DNA from: Babesia bigemina
Lineage: Eukaryota
Reading direction: 5' to 3'
DNA length: 64,000 bases
NCBI RefSeq assembly: GCF_000981445.1
Contig: NC_027216.1
Location: 1,798,001 to 1,862,000 of the forward strand
The notes beneath the pieces were generated by a model. The model was not told where the DNA came from. It saw nothing but the letters and a program-made list of their open reading frames with translations, and made no database searches. The translations under genes were made by a program, and so were the position numbers. Below, one piece after another: positions 61,938 to 64,000 of the stretch (position 1 is the stretch's first letter; every line of letters starts with the position of its first letter).

Positions 61938-63488
61938 ATGGCAGCGTCTTCAAACCAGCCCGCGTACATCTGGAGCAAGTCCACGGCGTACAATGCGGTG
62001 AACCAGGTAGGTTGTCGCCGGAAGCGTTTACAAAATTTTAGGTCACAGTCGAGGCGCAACCGGTCATCACTACCGGCCAGAGTAGGTCAAGCGGTCGAAC
62101 CGATTATTCCGCGCAGTCCACCGAGTACCGGCTTACAAAGATCTTCGCACGGTCATATACATATGGGGGGGTACGTGTCTACTGGCCGAGTCATGCAATT
62201 GTTTGCTGCAGATAGCCCGGCAGCGAACCCTGCCGACAAGTCCCATGCCAAGGCCGATTGGGAGCCGACCATATACCGCCAGTTACCGGACATCCGTATC
62301 GCAAGTGTGTCATGTGGGCCGTCGTATATGATGCTCTTGTCGAGCTGCCATCGGCTGTTCGCGTTGGGCCGGGGTGATTACGGGCAGCTCGGTCTTGGCG
62401 CCTCGCTACGGCGCGTTACCGTGCCCACGCCAATATCGGACATACCCACAGTTACAGAGGTTGTGTGTGGTGAGTACCATTGCGTGGCCATCGCGTCTGG
62501 AGGGAGCCTGTTTACCTGGGGGCGCAACGACGTGGCGGGCCATCAGGAGGGGTTCACCACCAGCAGCCCCAAGGAGCTTGTTTTCATGGGAAGCAAAACA
62601 AAGTGCCGGTCGGTGAGCGTGAACCAGACGCTTACAGTTTGTGCGTGCGACGCCGGCACGTCGCTGTACCACTGGGGGTTCTCCTTCTCTGGGGAGAAGA
62701 TCCAGCGGCCGCAGCTGTTCTACACATTCGACCAAGCGCGCATACGCCAAGTGGCATTGGGAAAGAGCTTCGGCTTGGCGGTGTCAGATACAGGGACCGT
62801 GTACGGCTGGGGTGATCGCACATACGGCGAACTACTGGGCCTCGGCAAAAAGCATGAGTCGTCATATTTCATGCTTCCCACACTCCTGAAGCTCCGCCAT
62901 GTCCACAGCGTCGTCAGCGTTGCAACTGGCGACCGTCATGCACTGCTGCTCGACGAGAGTGGAAAGGTGTGGTCGATGGGAGAAAATATGTATGGACAGT
63001 GCGGCGTTCCACCGTGTCACCATTCGTCACTGCTGCAGATCGACTTTTCGGACTCGTCGTTCCCAGTCAGCAAAATCGCATGCGGGCCCAGACACTCGGC
63101 GTGTATAAACTCGGGAAACCAGCTCTTTACTTGGGGCAACTCGGCGGGCCACAAGCTCATCTTCACATCATCCGTTGACATGTTGGTACAGCAACAACGC
63201 CAGCCGGGAGTGTCGGCGTATTCTGGCCTCAAGAACTGCTGCAGCCACCCGCAGTTGATCTACGCTCTGCTGCACGAGAAGGTGGCGTGCCTGGGACTTG
63301 CAGCGGGGTACACGGTCGTCGTTACAGGAGAGGGTATCGTCCCCAGTGAGGAACTGCCCCCGACGGTTGTCCTAGTTCCTGACGCAGAAGAAATGCCGAG
63401 CATTGAAGGCACGCCCCGTATTAGAGAAACTCCAACTAACGAAGAAGGTTCCGGTGAGGCGTACTTCCCGATACAGCTGTTCAAGTGA
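61938..63488 (+). CDS. RCC1-repeat beta-propeller protein
   Basis: VSCGPSY..LFALGRGDYGQLGLG; VVCGEYHCV..FTWGRN; VALGKSFG..VYGWGDRTYGEL; VATGDRHA..WSMGENMYGQCG; IACGPRHS..FTWG. Frame-preserving introns are possible in the 5' part. Confidence 0.92.
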   Translation: MAASSNQPAYIWSKSTAYNAVNQVGCRRKRLQNFRSQSRRNRSSLPARVGQAVEPIIPRSPPSTGLQRSSHGHIHMGGYVSTGRVMQLFAADSPAANPADKSHAKADWEPTIYRQLPDIRIASVSCGPSYMMLLSSCHRLFALGRGDYGQLGLGASLRRVTVPTPISDIPTVTEVVCGEYHCVAIASGGSLFTWGRNDVAGHQEGFTTSSPKELVFMGSKTKCRSVSVNQTLTVCACDAGTSLYHWGFSFSGEKIQRPQLFYTFDQARIRQVALGKSFGLAVSDTGTVYGWGDRTYGELLGLGKKHESSYFMLPTLLKLRHVHSVVSVATGDRHALLLDESGKVWSMGENMYGQCGVPPCHHSSLLQIDFSDSSFPVSKIACGPRHSACINSGNQLFTWGNSAGHKLIFTSSVDMLVQQQRQPGVSAYSGLKNCCSHPQLIYALLHEKVACLGLAAGYTVVVTGEGIVPSEELPPTVVLVPDAEEMPSIEGTPRIRETPTNEEGSGEAYFPIQLFK

Positions 63489-64000
63489 TGGTCTTCAACG
63501 TGCGGCACCGTCATAAATATCGATATGCTTATTGGATATTTCGCCAACGACGCCGCTTAGAGCTGATCAACTGCAACATGTGGTGCTGGTGAAGTGTACG
63601 CTGCGTTAAACAACGGTCATTTGTGCTCAACGTGCACTTTACGCTTGGTAGCACGTAACAACAATCTTGTAATGTTTCTACTTTATCTGTATAGATGTAA
63701 GATGCTAGTTAAATCTATAGCGATGTAAATGTTGTATGCTGACTCACCGGAACGTAACAGCTGGGCGAAACTCTCACGGTCCAATCGTTCGTTAGCTGTC
63801 CCACGTTTGAGGGGTTCGATCACTCATCAAAAGATGCGAGATTAAAAGTTGCGAAATATGGACGGGATTTAAGACTACCACATCAAGTAGACACAGTCCA
63901 TACGCCACGGCATGTACAGAGCGCAAGCTATAGGAAGTATTATTACAGTGGTACTAACTACGTATCCCCAAAGGTCCACACAACTTCAGCAGTGAGGTGT

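Noticed and set aside
63790..63830. GGTTCGATC resembling a tRNA T-loop
   Set aside because: Flanks do not form a 5-bp T stem, and no D arm or acceptor stem was found.

Overview
This is eukaryotic, intron-containing, gene-dense DNA from a piroplasm, most likely Babesia sensu stricto. That assignment is inferred from the short GT-AG introns of about 35-45 nt, the VESA-like genes, a nuclear cox2b, and the RNR-R2 / inverted ef-1a pair / GluRS locus. About 32 protein genes can be read, many only after manual splicing. Housekeeping genes include COPB, DPH2, LSG1, RPL14, NOP10, RTF2, TRAPPC1, syntaxin, a CDK, an ERK7-like MAPK, RNR-R2 and two EF-1a copies in a 1.8 kb inverted duplication. Organelle-targeted genes include an HPR-like repeat protein, uL15m, bL17m, cox2b, SCS-beta, a twin-CX9C protein, a DnaJ and an apicoplast-type GluRS. 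Parasite-specific genes include two VESA-like paralogues, a 6-Cys-like protein, a 9-exon CPW-WPC gene and a GPI-anchored protein with SFLE motifs. The most striking item is a plant-type MSH1 (MutS fused to a GIY-YIG endonuclease, 45741-49291, minus) whose ATPase and mismatch-binding motifs are substituted while the nuclease looks largely intact. Also notable are a CDK5RAP3/C53 homologue lacking its IDW motifs and a candidate structured ncRNA at about 36390-36576. Exon boundaries and family calls were made by eye from recalled motifs; no database searches were run.
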